Below, piece after piece: positions 7,709 to 17,425 of a DNA stretch of 64,000 nucleotides (the stretch's first letter is position 1; every line of letters starts with the position of its first letter). The notes beneath the pieces were generated by a model that had not been told where the DNA came from, did not search any database, and worked only from the letters and a program-made list of their open reading frames with translations. Made by a program: the position numbers and the translations under genes. Source of the DNA: a bacterium (GTDB lineage Bacteria > Patescibacteriota > UBA1384 > 2-12-FULL-50-11); the NCBI GenBank assembly GCA_021463485.1, contig JAJTYJ010000001.1, forward strand, positions 1,378 through 65,377. The letters are read 5' to 3'.

Positions 7709-9219
7709 TCTTTCACTAGCACACCGCTAGGAATCGCGGTTTTTTTGGTGACGTTAAAGACGGTAAATGGCTTATTAAATAACATACGCGTCTGCGAATC
7801 GATCGCCGGAATCGCCGAGAAAAATATGCCGCTAACCGGAAGCAGGATTGGCGCTAACAACCACTCTTTAATAATTGTAAGAATGTAGACCGAGCGCTTA
7901 CCAGGACGTGGTGGCACTAGTAGAGATGCCACGAGCATGTTGGCGATCATACCAGTCCACGCTGCTATCAGAAATGTTCTATAAACAGTAGGAAAGTTAT
8001 AACCGAGCACACTATCTCGAAAATCCGGGTTCACGACTATCGGTAGCCAACCGATTAGCAAAATAAACGACTGGGTAGCAAGCGAGTAGTGGGATTCGAA
8101 CAGCCGTAAAAATTGCAGCCATTTGTAGAAAAACGGAATTCTAGGATTACCAAAAGAATGCCGAAAGACGTACGGAACGTCGGAAACCCCCCAAAACCAG
8201 CGACGACGTTGAAGATACTGCTCGCGAAACGTGTCCATAATATCTTCGCCCTGAACTGCGTCCATATAAACCGGCACAAATAGCGGAACCACGTGGTGAT
8301 TGCCGTCAAATCTGAAGTACGAACGCCAGTACTGATGCCCATCTTCAACCACCGTCGCAACCGACCAGAAATCTGTTTGTACTAGGGCTTCGAAACTCTG
8401 AGCGTGGGCGGCGAAGTTACGCGAGTAGTGCGGTCGCATCGCCTGTATGAGTTGCCAGAATGATGAGCCGAGTGCTGTCAGTTTTACCGGTAACGGCACT
8501 TGCCAGATATTATTGAAAAACATCGGCAGGGGCTGGAAGCTTTTATGAATTGGGTCTGGGTCGGCGCAGTACGACCAAGTAAGGTTGGCAAAATAGTCAC
8601 GATCGACCCGGTTATCGGCGTCGAGTGTTGTGAGAATTGCGTCAGAATACTTAATTTTTTTCTCATCAAGATATTCCTTAACCCGACGCGCCGCCCAGGT
8701 AATGTTTGGCCCCTTGCCGCGAACTTCACCTTCAATATCTGCTGGGTGGCTGGTAGCCATAAAATGGAAAAACGCATGTTCGTACTCGTGCGTTAAGATC
8801 TTGGCATACTCCGGCGCTAACTCTTTTTCACGCCCTTCAAACGCCGCAACAACAATCAACCGATCAGCTGGGTAGTTGCTCATTTTTATGGCATCGATGG
8901 TGTGCCGAAGAATTGAGATATCCTCTTTATACGTTGGCACAATGGCGACGTGGTAAAACCTATTCTGTGCCTCGGGATAATCGTTGTTGAGTTTAGTTAG
9001 CCAATCAATTTTACGCTCACGGTTATATCTAGCAAAACCGGCTAGTAAGTATCCAGTGATGAGAAAGACTTTAATTAACCAGTAGATCGCGTAAAGCAAG
9101 ACTAGCATCGTTAGGACAGGCGGGTTAAAAATTGCAAGCAATATTAATCCAGTTAACGTCGTCCAGGTTAGTAATCCCGGAATAATCTCCCAAACTCGGC
9201 TTCGTTGATACCCCAGCAT
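7705..9219 (-). CDS. Integral-membrane family 2 glycosyltransferase
   Basis: PTYKE, LDAD, VVED and QRRRW motifs with multiple TM helices. Confidence 0.9.
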   Translation of the reverse strand: MLGYQRSRVWEIIPGLLTWTTLTGLILLAIFNPPVLTMLVLLYAIYWLIKVFLITGYLLAGFARYNRERKIDWLTKLNNDYPEAQNRFYHVAIVPTYKEDISILRHTIDAIKMSNYPADRLIVVAAFEGREKELAPEYAKILTHEYEHAFFHFMATSHPADIEGEVRGKGPNITWAARRVKEYLDEKKIKYSDAILTTLDADNRVDRDYFANLTWSYCADPDPIHKSFQPLPMFFNNIWQVPLPVKLTALGSSFWQLIQAMRPHYSRNFAAHAQSFEALVQTDFWSVATVVEDGHQYWRSYFRFDGNHHVVPLFVPVYMDAVQGEDIMDTFREQYLQRRRWFWGVSDVPYVFRHSFGNPRIPFFYKWLQFLRLFESHYSLATQSFILLIGWLPIVVNPDFRDSVLGYNFPTVYRTFLIAAWTGMIANMLVASLLVPPRPGKRSVYILTIIKEWLLAPILLPVSGIFFSAIPAIDSQTRMLFNKPFTVFNVTKKTAIPSGVLVKD

Positions 9220-9221
9220 AT

Positions 9222-9521
9222 TTAGATAATGGCAGATCGGGCGACGATGTAGTACCCGATCACCGCCAGTTCAAGCATGATGATGATGGTTAAAAGTAGC
9301 GTTTTAACCGCAGGCATTTGACGATATAACATGAAAAATACCACGCTATCCACGATAAACAGACCGAGCGAGTAGTAGTAAACCGACATTCCGGCCGCTA
9401 ATTGAGTACGGGCAAACAAACCAGTACCAAAAATAACCACAGCAGCAACAAGCCAAACAATTAACGCCTTTCTTTCTGGGATTGGTTGGGAAGAGTACCA
9501 GCTTCGCAGTCGAGTTATCAT
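9222..9521 (-). CDS. Small multi-TM membrane protein
   Basis: Three hydrophobic segments; operonic position. Confidence 0.6.
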   Translation of the reverse strand: MITRLRSWYSSQPIPERKALIVWLVAAVVIFGTGLFARTQLAAGMSVYYYSLGLFIVDSVVFFMLYRQMPAVKTLLLTIIIMLELAVIGYYIVARSAII

Positions 9522-9574
9522 CCTTTGTTTCCACAGGATACTCGAGAATCTCGAGAATACCAAGAGCTATTTAA

Positions 9575-11614
9575 CTAGTACCTACTAAATAGACGCTGGA
9601 ATCTGCGGCCATTTGACGCCACGAGCAAGCCGAGCGAGCTTAATAGCACCGTGACAATATTCTGATGTTGGCTCGGTATCGAGCCAACAGGCTCCGGATT
9701 ACTGGTTTGGTTGGCGATCGGAGTAATTTTTTTAGTCGCGGCTGCCACTACAGCTGGCGCTGGAGTTGATTTTGAGACGGCCGGTTGAGTAGTTCTTTTA
9801 ACTGGTGCGGGTTGTGGTTTCGGCGACTCAGTTTTAGTTGTTTGCACCCTGCTAACTACGACTGATTCAGGAAATACCCAGGTCTCCACCGCCTCGCTGG
9901 CTGAATTCCAGTCGACGATCGCCGAAAACTGTATCGAGTCCCCCACGCTTAAGTATTTTTTACTCTCAGTTAGATGCGCTTTAATCCGCGCCAACTGAGA
10001 GCTAAGTGTAAAATAATCGCTCTCAACGTCGGTAGCTGTACTATTGAGCGCTACTTTTTCACCGAGTCGTTGCTGGAGTTCGTCTGACATTGAGACGTCC
10101 GCCGGATCGATAGTAGCAATCCCTCCAATTATCGCGTCATCTGGTGCGTCGATAATTATTCTTTTCGTTTGACTCGAGCTTAGCTCGCCGGTTACGAGCG
10201 CTGTTTTATCTTTAATATTTGGGATGACACCCTTGGTTCTACTTAAAAATACTTGAATACCAGCTGTTTGATCTTGTAGGTAAAATGCTTCGTCAGAAAC
10301 CTGCCCCTGATCGGCCGTCACAACACCAGATACCTCAAGGAGCGTCCCCGCTAACGCCAGACGCGCCTCACGAACAGAGAGTTGATGCGTTGGTTTCGTC
10401 GGAAGGGTTGCCCTAATCCAGCTAGTGAGCGTTGCCGTTCGATACAGATTGGGGGCCAAGCTGCTGTTTAGTAGTAGCAGAAAAACCTCTTGATTATGCT
10501 CCAGCAACGCTTTGAATTTTGCCGATCGAGCCCAAGAGCCATTACGCAGCGAAAAGCTTAGGCCATCTGCTGAGAACTGGATATCAGCGCTTTCGTATTT
10601 CCATAGCACAACACCACTACTTAGTTTATTAGCACGGTCGTAACCCGCCGAGATTGTAGCGGGCAGCCAACTGCCGAATTCTGTCGATAGCCAATGTTCG
10701 CTCCCGCTTTGAAAATACAGCCAGTTTGCACCTTCGACCGCCACTAATTCACCGCCCTCAGTTGGAGCCGCAGTTAGCTCTGGAATAGCCCGCCCGTAGT
10801 CTAACTCGTGTAATCGGCCTTCTATCTCTAGAAATACTCTACTCCCCAATGTCCTAGCAGAGAGTATCGGTGAGGAAATCGAGAGAGTGAGTTCGATCAG
10901 TTCGTTCGGCGTCAGAATTACGACGATAACGATATCAGTTTTCCCAACAAATACCGAGAGCGTGTCGGAGCTAGACAAGAGTGATAATTGGGCGCTGCTT
11001 AGCTGAATGAAGGTGTTGCCAGTAGAAAGCTGAAAGAGTTTGCCGTCACAAACGACTGTTGGCAACAGTGCAGTTACGCGAGTAACTTCTAAGCAATCTA
11101 ACTCGTCTAAGTTACTCCAGGCTTCCCCAGCCCAACCGAAAACCGTCACTTTACTAGCCTGTAGATCAAGATAATAAAATTGGTCGCTAGATAGATAAAA
11201 CTGATCTAATTTTGATCCGACAATCGGTTCTGTTATTTCAGTAAATTCACTCCCAGCATAAAACAGTATCTTATTGTTTGTCCGAACCAATAACGGTGCC
11301 TGGCGGCTATACTCCAGTATCGGCTCATCCATTAACCCGGGCACAGGATAATAACCGAGACCATCCTTTGATCGAAGTAGTAATTTCTCTCCGATCCTAT
11401 CCACCACAACAAATAGTTCCCCATTAATTAAGAACTGCTCTAAAACCGTCCCGTTAATAACAGCGAGCTGAAACGGCTTCGAATTTGCCCGTAAGCGATA
11501 CTGTTTTTCGCCAGCTTTGATCACTAGCTTATTTTCAACTCTTTCTAAATCGGCCGCCAACGAGACAGTTGGGAGAAAAAGAAAAAGGATGAAGAGCCAA
11601 ACTTGCCGCTTCAT
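9575..11614 (-). CDS. Large secreted protein with OB-fold-like C-terminal region and membrane anchor
   Basis: Signal peptide; VSGVVTA..AFYLQDQTAGIQVF resembles extracellular OB folds; Pro/Ala/Thr linker then hydrophobic tail. Confidence 0.6.
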   Translation of the reverse strand: MKRQVWLFILFLFLPTVSLAADLERVENKLVIKAGEKQYRLRANSKPFQLAVINGTVLEQFLINGELFVVVDRIGEKLLLRSKDGLGYYPVPGLMDEPILEYSRQAPLLVRTNNKILFYAGSEFTEITEPIVGSKLDQFYLSSDQFYYLDLQASKVTVFGWAGEAWSNLDELDCLEVTRVTALLPTVVCDGKLFQLSTGNTFIQLSSAQLSLLSSSDTLSVFVGKTDIVIVVILTPNELIELTLSISSPILSARTLGSRVFLEIEGRLHELDYGRAIPELTAAPTEGGELVAVEGANWLYFQSGSEHWLSTEFGSWLPATISAGYDRANKLSSGVVLWKYESADIQFSADGLSFSLRNGSWARSAKFKALLEHNQEVFLLLLNSSLAPNLYRTATLTSWIRATLPTKPTHQLSVREARLALAGTLLEVSGVVTADQGQVSDEAFYLQDQTAGIQVFLSRTKGVIPNIKDKTALVTGELSSSQTKRIIIDAPDDAIIGGIATIDPADVSMSDELQQRLGEKVALNSTATDVESDYFTLSSQLARIKAHLTESKKYLSVGDSIQFSAIVDWNSASEAVETWVFPESVVVSRVQTTKTESPKPQPAPVKRTTQPAVSKSTPAPAVVAAATKKITPIANQTSNPEPVGSIPSQHQNIVTVLLSSLGLLVASNGRRFQRLFSRY

Positions 11615-12207
11615 CCTTCTTCGCCAACCAACGCCCGGTGCATCTCGAGGATCACGCGGGCAAGTCGATTCGGGTCGGGTACATCGGTGATAGTAAAGTA
11701 ACCTTGTAAGCCTGGTTTGTGCGGATCATCCGTGGTGCCGCCGCCCGCAGTTTCAACGATGAGTAAGCCGTAATTAAAGAAGCTTTGTAGAAACCCAGTA
11801 ACCTCAGCCGAGACGTTTTGAACTTGTTTTAACGATAGCTCAGAGGTTTTACGACTCAATAGCCCTTCTTGAGACACGTTAATTAGTCGCTCGTTGGTGA
11901 TAAAGATAATGTCGTAATAAAAATTAATCCACGAACCAAACAGAAACGTTAGCAGAAAGATGTAATAACCAGACAATAGCACGGTAATAATGGGAACGAA
12001 GTCCGACACTCCGTTAGTAAAGCCGATCCCGATCGCAAACAACAGAAAAAGTGGGAAGAGTCCCATCGCTAATACAATTAGTAGCGTTGTTAAAAAGCCG
12101 GCCCAGTGATGTCGCACGGCGTACTTAATTTCTTCTCCAGGATGAAGGTTAAGATACAAAAACGCTGGGTCGTTACTGTTTATATGTTCTTCGATTAGAT
12201 GCGGCAT
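11611..12207 (-). CDS. Membrane protein with bacterial PH domain
   Basis: Two TMs then ITNERLI..Q.GL..R...E..L..VQ.V....G..Q..FNYG.L.VETAG. Confidence 0.8.
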   Translation of the reverse strand: MPHLIEEHINSNDPAFLYLNLHPGEEIKYAVRHHWAGFLTTLLIVLAMGLFPLFLLFAIGIGFTNGVSDFVPIITVLLSGYYIFLLTFLFGSWINFYYDIIFITNERLINVSQEGLLSRKTSELSLKQVQNVSAEVTGFLQSFFNYGLLIVETAGGGTTDDPHKPGLQGYFTITDVPDPNRLARVILEMHRALVGEEG

Positions 12208-12398
12208 TACTTAATCCCGATATAAATACCGCTAAATATCAATATCAATAGCACCAAGAGTATATGTGTCGATAATACCGGTATCGAGGCATCGCCGGGC
12301 AAGCGGTACTTAAAAACCTGAAAAAAGTACAGCAAATTTACCACAAGCATAATCGCTAAAAATAGACCGTAGCCAATTAAGATGTAGCTATTAAGCAT
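12207..12398 (-). CDS. Small two-TM membrane protein
   Basis: 63-aa hydrophobic ORF translationally coupled to its neighbours. Confidence 0.6.
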   Translation of the reverse strand: MLNSYILIGYGLFLAIMLVVNLLYFFQVFKYRLPGDASIPVLSTHILLVLLILIFSGIYIGIK

Positions 12399-12399
12399 T

Positions 12400-13569
12400 T
12401 TACGGGCGGATGTATCGCGGTGTTCCCCAATTGCTTGGGTTTATTCTCCGCTGCGAGTATTTTTTAGCCGGACTCCAGTTATATTCCGAAACCAAGATAT
12501 CGCTTGACGAGTAGACAGCTTCGACAACCGCAACGTGTCCCCATTCGTCACCCGGGAATAGCGGTCGGTTCCAGGACACGACGTCACCGACTCGAGGCAA
12601 CCCGCCGTACTGGACTTTATACCCTTGATCTGTGGCTAGCGCCGGCCAGTTGTATGCACTACCGCTACCGGGTCTGGTGTTATTAAATGGTACTCCGTGT
12701 ATCTGAAGGAACTTCCATGCAGCATACGATGTACACTGACAAGTGTAGTACAGCCAGTTATCTACACGATCACAGCTACCTGCCCATGGGTATCCTCCTG
12801 TGCCACCGGAGTTAGTAAATCCGCCAGCAGCAAGACGCGCCTGGTAGATATCGTTACTAATTTGTGCAGATTGTTTTTTAATTTGCTCTAATAGTTCCTC
12901 ATATTTCGCCTGCTCACCCTGGGTTTGGTTGAGAAGGTAATTCTTTTGGTTTTTCTGACTCGTTAGCGTACCCCTTGATCGATCAAGCTCTTGTCGGAGG
13001 GTTTCGAGGCTTGCCTTTTGGCTTTCACTATCTGTTTTCTTCTTTTCGAGATCGGTCTTTAACGCGTTAACGGTGTCGATATTTTTTCGCAGATCAGTTT
13101 GAATCGCTTGGATATACTCCGCTTGCGAGAGCGCTTCTTCAAGATTAGGGCTCTGGAGTAATAACTCCATCGTACTAGTTTGTGAGAGCTGGTAGAGATT
13201 TACGTATGCGCCCTTGAGTTTAGCCGACAAGACATCAAGCTCAGTCTGTTGCTTCTGGATATCTTGAATCAAAAGATTAATAACACTATTTGTTGCCGCG
13301 ATTTGCTCTTCGGTGTTTTGAATTCGGCTTGAAGTATAACTAATGTCTCCATCCAGATCTCCAATCAACTCTCGCAAGTTACTTGCTTCTCGTTTTTTCT
13401 GCTCAAGGGCTTTTCGGTTTTGCTCTTCTTTTCTCTTTAATTCTGCTTGACGCCTTAGTAGCTCGTCGAGCGTCTCAGCTTGCGCGCTCATCGGCGCGAG
13501 CGTTGCAATTCCAAGCGTTAGTACGAGAAAAAAGCTAATAAGTCGCACAGCTAACGATTTACTCATCAT
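12400..13569 (-). CDS. Coiled-coil CHAP-domain peptidoglycan hydrolase (PcsB/CwlO-like)
   Basis: Signal peptide, long coiled coil, CQCTSY and WGHVAVVE..SEYNW CHAP motifs; downstream of ftsEX. Confidence 0.9.
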   Translation of the reverse strand: MMSKSLAVRLISFFLVLTLGIATLAPMSAQAETLDELLRRQAELKRKEEQNRKALEQKKREASNLRELIGDLDGDISYTSSRIQNTEEQIAATNSVINLLIQDIQKQQTELDVLSAKLKGAYVNLYQLSQTSTMELLLQSPNLEEALSQAEYIQAIQTDLRKNIDTVNALKTDLEKKKTDSESQKASLETLRQELDRSRGTLTSQKNQKNYLLNQTQGEQAKYEELLEQIKKQSAQISNDIYQARLAAGGFTNSGGTGGYPWAGSCDRVDNWLYYTCQCTSYAAWKFLQIHGVPFNNTRPGSGSAYNWPALATDQGYKVQYGGLPRVGDVVSWNRPLFPGDEWGHVAVVEAVYSSSDILVSEYNWSPAKKYSQRRINPSNWGTPRYIRP

Positions 13570-13603
13570 ACCTATCCTAGCATGCCGCTTGTCGGTTGCA
13601 ATG

Positions 13604-14530
13604 TTAGGCTCGCAAATACCGACGCATCGAGATAACACTAACAACTACGCCTAGAATTACACCGATAAGCAGCTGAAAACCGATAATTTGCCAGATGTAA
13701 TGGAGTACGTACGCGCCGAAACTTAAGTTCAAAACGTCGGCGGTGATACTAATATATCCGCTGGCAATTTGTGAAACCAACACAATAAACAGGGTAGTTA
13801 TTATTGTGCCAAGCACTCCGTAGAGTACCCCTTCAACTATAAACGGGCCGCGGACAAAGGCGTTTGACGCACCGACGTATCGCATAATTTCGATCTCATC
13901 TGAACGGGCAGAGATGGTGATGCGAATAATATTAAGAACGTTGAATATGGCAATTATTCCAAAGAAAATACTCAAAAACAGCCCAACCCGCTGTACTAGC
14001 CGAGTAATACTAACGAGCTTGTTAACTGCGTCTTTGTTTTTAACGTACGACACGCACTCGTTACAGATGAGTTTCTCGGTATCGGCGATTTCGATACTAC
14101 TCACTACTCCCTGTATTTCGTCTGGGTCGGTTGTATCAACCTGGAGACTGCGGGGCAGCGGGTTGTAGGAGTCGCTCACTGGCTTTTTAACGTCCTCATT
14201 AATCGGCAGCCGCTGCCAGATTTCTAGCGCTTGTTTCTTGTTCACAAAGATAACTTCCTGAATGTTTGGCTGCGATTTAATTCGATCGGCAAGTGCCATA
14301 ATTTTCTCGTCTGCCACGGCGTCATCGGTAAAGTAAATGGTGACGTCGATCTTCGAACGAATCGCCTCCGCGGTATCTCGAACGATAAACGAGAAGAGCA
14401 GAAAGACGCTAATCATCGTTAGCGTTAGCGTCATTAAAAGTGTCGCCCCGAGCGTTAACCAGCGGTTTCTCCAAAAATTATTTAGGCCGAGTTTTACAAT
14501 CCGCAACACGGTTTCGAGTTTATATGACAT
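13604..14530 (-). CDS. ftsX: Cell division permease FtsX
   Basis: NPLP motif, RSDEIEIMRYVGASNAFVRGPFIVEG. Confidence 0.95.
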   Translation of the reverse strand: MSYKLETVLRIVKLGLNNFWRNRWLTLGATLLMTLTLTMISVFLLFSFIVRDTAEAIRSKIDVTIYFTDDAVADEKIMALADRIKSQPNIQEVIFVNKKQALEIWQRLPINEDVKKPVSDSYNPLPRSLQVDTTDPDEIQGVVSSIEIADTEKLICNECVSYVKNKDAVNKLVSITRLVQRVGLFLSIFFGIIAIFNVLNIIRITISARSDEIEIMRYVGASNAFVRGPFIVEGVLYGVLGTIITTLFIVLVSQIASGYISITADVLNLSFGAYVLHYIWQIIGFQLLIGVILGVVVSVISMRRYLRA

Positions 14531-15290
14531 ACTTACCTCCGTGCTGATCGCTGACGATTTTCCCAGACTTCATCAGTACTACTCGCTTCTGGATACGATC
14601 GACAACTTGGCGGTTGTGCGTGGCAAGAATAATTGTTGTTCCTTTCTGATGAATTCGGTACAACAATTCGATAATTTCCCAGGTATTAACTGGATCTAGG
14701 TTCCCCGTTGGCTCATCGGCGATCAATATTTTTGGGGAGTGAACTAGGGCTCGAGCGATCGCGACGCGCTGTCGTTCGCCGCCAGAGAGTTCGTGCGGAT
14801 AATTCTTTGCCCGCCGACCCAAATTAACCAAATCAAGCACTTTTTCTGTTCGCTTCGCGATCTCAGCGTTCGAAAAACCACAAACCTCCATGGCAAACGC
14901 CACATTTTCCCAAACAGTTTTCTGGGGCAGTAACTTAAAGTCCTGAAACACTACTCCGATTTTTCTTCGGTAGAGCGGCACTTCTTTACTACGCAAATCC
15001 GCCAAGTTCCGGCCGGCGACGTACACCTCCCCGGTAGTCGGGGATTCCTGAATAGTCAGAAGCTTAATTAGAGTTGTTTTACCAACACCGCTTTGACCAA
15101 CCAAACAGACAAACTCGCCCTCGCGGATTTCCAGATCAACTTCTCTTACCGCCAGCCGACCAGGGTACTGCATCGTTACTTTTTTAAATTCGATCAACGG
15201 CCTTGAAGACGTATTTATTTTCCGCTCGGATTTAGCCGGCGCCCCGATGCGAAGAATTTCCTGGTCAGCTTTTTGTATGTCGGTTGTCAT
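14520..15290 (-). CDS. ftsE: Cell division ATPase FtsE
   Basis: GQSGVGKTT, RRKIGVVFQDFKLL, LSGGERQRVAIARA, ADEPTGNLDP; precedes ftsX. Confidence 0.95.
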   Translation of the reverse strand: MTTDIQKADQEILRIGAPAKSERKINTSSRPLIEFKKVTMQYPGRLAVREVDLEIREGEFVCLVGQSGVGKTTLIKLLTIQESPTTGEVYVAGRNLADLRSKEVPLYRRKIGVVFQDFKLLPQKTVWENVAFAMEVCGFSNAEIAKRTEKVLDLVNLGRRAKNYPHELSGGERQRVAIARALVHSPKILIADEPTGNLDPVNTWEIIELLYRIHQKGTTIILATHNRQVVDRIQKRVVLMKSGKIVSDQHGGKYVI

Positions 15291-15325
15291 CCGAGTTTGA
15301 GCATAACAAGCTTTTACGCCTGCTC

Positions 15326-16570
15326 CTAGAGCAGAATCAGCGCTATCAGCGCAGTAGACATAATGAAGAACGTCGCGTAGCCAACGATGTTGGTTGCCAG
15401 CGAATTAGTGAACTTTCCCATAATTTTTTTGTTATTGGCGACATGAAGAATAACAAAGATAAGAATTGGCGCCGTACAACCGAAGAAAATGCCGGTATAA
15501 ACTAACGCTTTAATCGGATCAACACCAAGTAATGGGATTAATAATCCTACTAGTGTCGAAATAATAATTATTAAATAAAATTGAGGCGCTTGGTGGAACT
15601 TTTTATTCAGACCCTCCTTCCAACCAAATGTTTCAGCTAGCGCATATGAGCTTGCACCAGCGAGTACCGGGATAGCTAGAAATCCGACGCTAACTACACC
15701 TAGAGAGAAAATAACATATGCTAAATCTCCGGCAAAAGGACGAAGCGCTTCCGCCGCTTCCTTTGTAGTGTTAATCGTTGTAATACCGTTTGAATTCAAC
15801 GCCACCGCCGCTGTCACGATAATAAACCACATAACGATATTAGAAAGTAGCATTCCAAGCGTGACATCCTGTTTCATATCGTTTAACTCACGTTTACGGA
15901 TAAACCAATGCGCAAAGAGCCGCTTAATTTTAGTCTTCTTATCTTCCACCTCCATCGAGGTCTGCCAGAAAAATAAATACGGCGAGATTGTTGTGCCAAA
16001 AATTGCGACAATAAGAGCAAGAGTTTCTTTCTTAAACTCTAAGCTTGGTACTAAGGTACCGCGGATCGCGCCGGCCCAATCTGTCTCTGTGAAAAACGGC
16101 ACTGCCACATAGACAAGCAACGTTAACGCCACCCACTTGAGAACGTTCGCGATAGTTTGATACGAGCTGTAAAGTAGGGCGATGAGAATAAGTACTGTGT
16201 AGAAGATCGCTAAAATCGGTTCGGGTATCGGGACTAGTAGGTGTGTAGTAGCCGCCATTGCCGAGAGATCGGCACCGATATTTAACGTATTACCGGCAAC
16301 CACTAGTAGCATCAGCGTAACAAGAAGTGGTTTTGAGTAGTTACGTTTTAAATTCCCAGCCAGACCGTGACCGGTAACCAAGCCAATCCTAGCGCACATT
16401 TCCTGAACCACTGTCATTAGCGGGAAAGTTAGAAGCGCCGTCCAAAGCAAGCTAAAGCCTGTCTGGGCACCAACTTGTGAATAAATCGCGATGCCCGACG
16501 GATCGTCGTCACTAGCACCAGTTACCAGCCCTGGACCGATTTTCCTCCAAAAAGAACCTAAGCGAGACAT
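15326..16570 (-). CDS. NRAMP-family divalent metal transporter
   Basis: GPGLVTGASDDDPSGI and GTTISPYLFFWQ motifs. Confidence 0.9.
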   Translation of the reverse strand: MSRLGSFWRKIGPGLVTGASDDDPSGIAIYSQVGAQTGFSLLWTALLTFPLMTVVQEMCARIGLVTGHGLAGNLKRNYSKPLLVTLMLLVVAGNTLNIGADLSAMAATTHLLVPIPEPILAIFYTVLILIALLYSSYQTIANVLKWVALTLLVYVAVPFFTETDWAGAIRGTLVPSLEFKKETLALIVAIFGTTISPYLFFWQTSMEVEDKKTKIKRLFAHWFIRKRELNDMKQDVTLGMLLSNIVMWFIIVTAAVALNSNGITTINTTKEAAEALRPFAGDLAYVIFSLGVVSVGFLAIPVLAGASSYALAETFGWKEGLNKKFHQAPQFYLIIIISTLVGLLIPLLGVDPIKALVYTGIFFGCTAPILIFVILHVANNKKIMGKFTNSLATNIVGYATFFIMSTALIALILL

Positions 16571-16604
16571 CTCTATTTACAACGATGAAGCACAAAGCTG
16601 CTTT

Positions 16605-17408
16605 CTACAAGAGTGACTCTAACTCGACTTGAATGTTTTTAGCGGAGCGCGGATCGATCCTTTTCAACCCTTGTTCGAAGAGCACTCCAAACCTCACGGC
16701 CTCTTTTTCTTTAGCGATATGGGTGCAGATCACCGAAAGTAATCCGTACAGTTGGGTCTGTCGGTAATCGTAGCGCTCACCGCCGTGGTCGGCCGAAAAC
16801 CATCCGAGACTTTGCTCGGCTATTTCGTATGCCTCAAGATACTCTTTTTTCTTTAAATGGAGTGAAGCGATAGATAACAACGTTGTAGCTAGGTAGAAAC
16901 CTTTCGTCGGATCTTTTTTAAAACAGTCGAGGGCTTTCTGATAATACTGGTTGGCGGGATCGAGATCGTTGTGTGCGAGATAATAGTCGCCAAATTTTGT
17001 ATACGTTGCGCCGAGCTCGCCGAATTCGTCGCCCTGCTGTAACTCAACGATGCTCTTCTGGAAATAATCTAGCGCCTGCGAGCTTAAGCCTGCTTTAGCA
17101 AACGCACTTGCGCCATCTCTGTAAATTGTGCCTAGTTGCACAGTTTCGTCGATCGAACGGAACACTTCTGCGGCTTTGTGGAGATAATTAAGTCCGTCTC
17201 GGAGGTAACTCGACTCTTGATTATTACTATCAGCGCTTTGGAAGGCAGCTATCGCTGCGCCGTGCAGGGCTCTACCGAGTTCAAAATTATTTCCCTCTAG
17301 CTCGGCCGCTCTGGCAATCGTCGCGTACGCTTCGATCGCTTGATCGACTTTGCCAGAATTGCGAAGATTATCTGCCTTTAAAAATTCTGACTCAAAGTCG
17401 ATCGTCAT
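16605..17408 (-). CDS. Tetratricopeptide-repeat protein
   Basis: Repeated A..Y...A/LG..Y helical-repeat pattern. Confidence 0.75.
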   Translation of the reverse strand: MTIDFESEFLKADNLRNSGKVDQAIEAYATIARAAELEGNNFELGRALHGAAIAAFQSADSNNQESSYLRDGLNYLHKAAEVFRSIDETVQLGTIYRDGASAFAKAGLSSQALDYFQKSIVELQQGDEFGELGATYTKFGDYYLAHNDLDPANQYYQKALDCFKKDPTKGFYLATTLLSIASLHLKKKEYLEAYEIAEQSLGWFSADHGGERYDYRQTQLYGLLSVICTHIAKEKEAVRFGVLFEQGLKRIDPRSAKNIQVELESLL

Positions 17409-17425
17409 GTTTTTAGCATACCGTA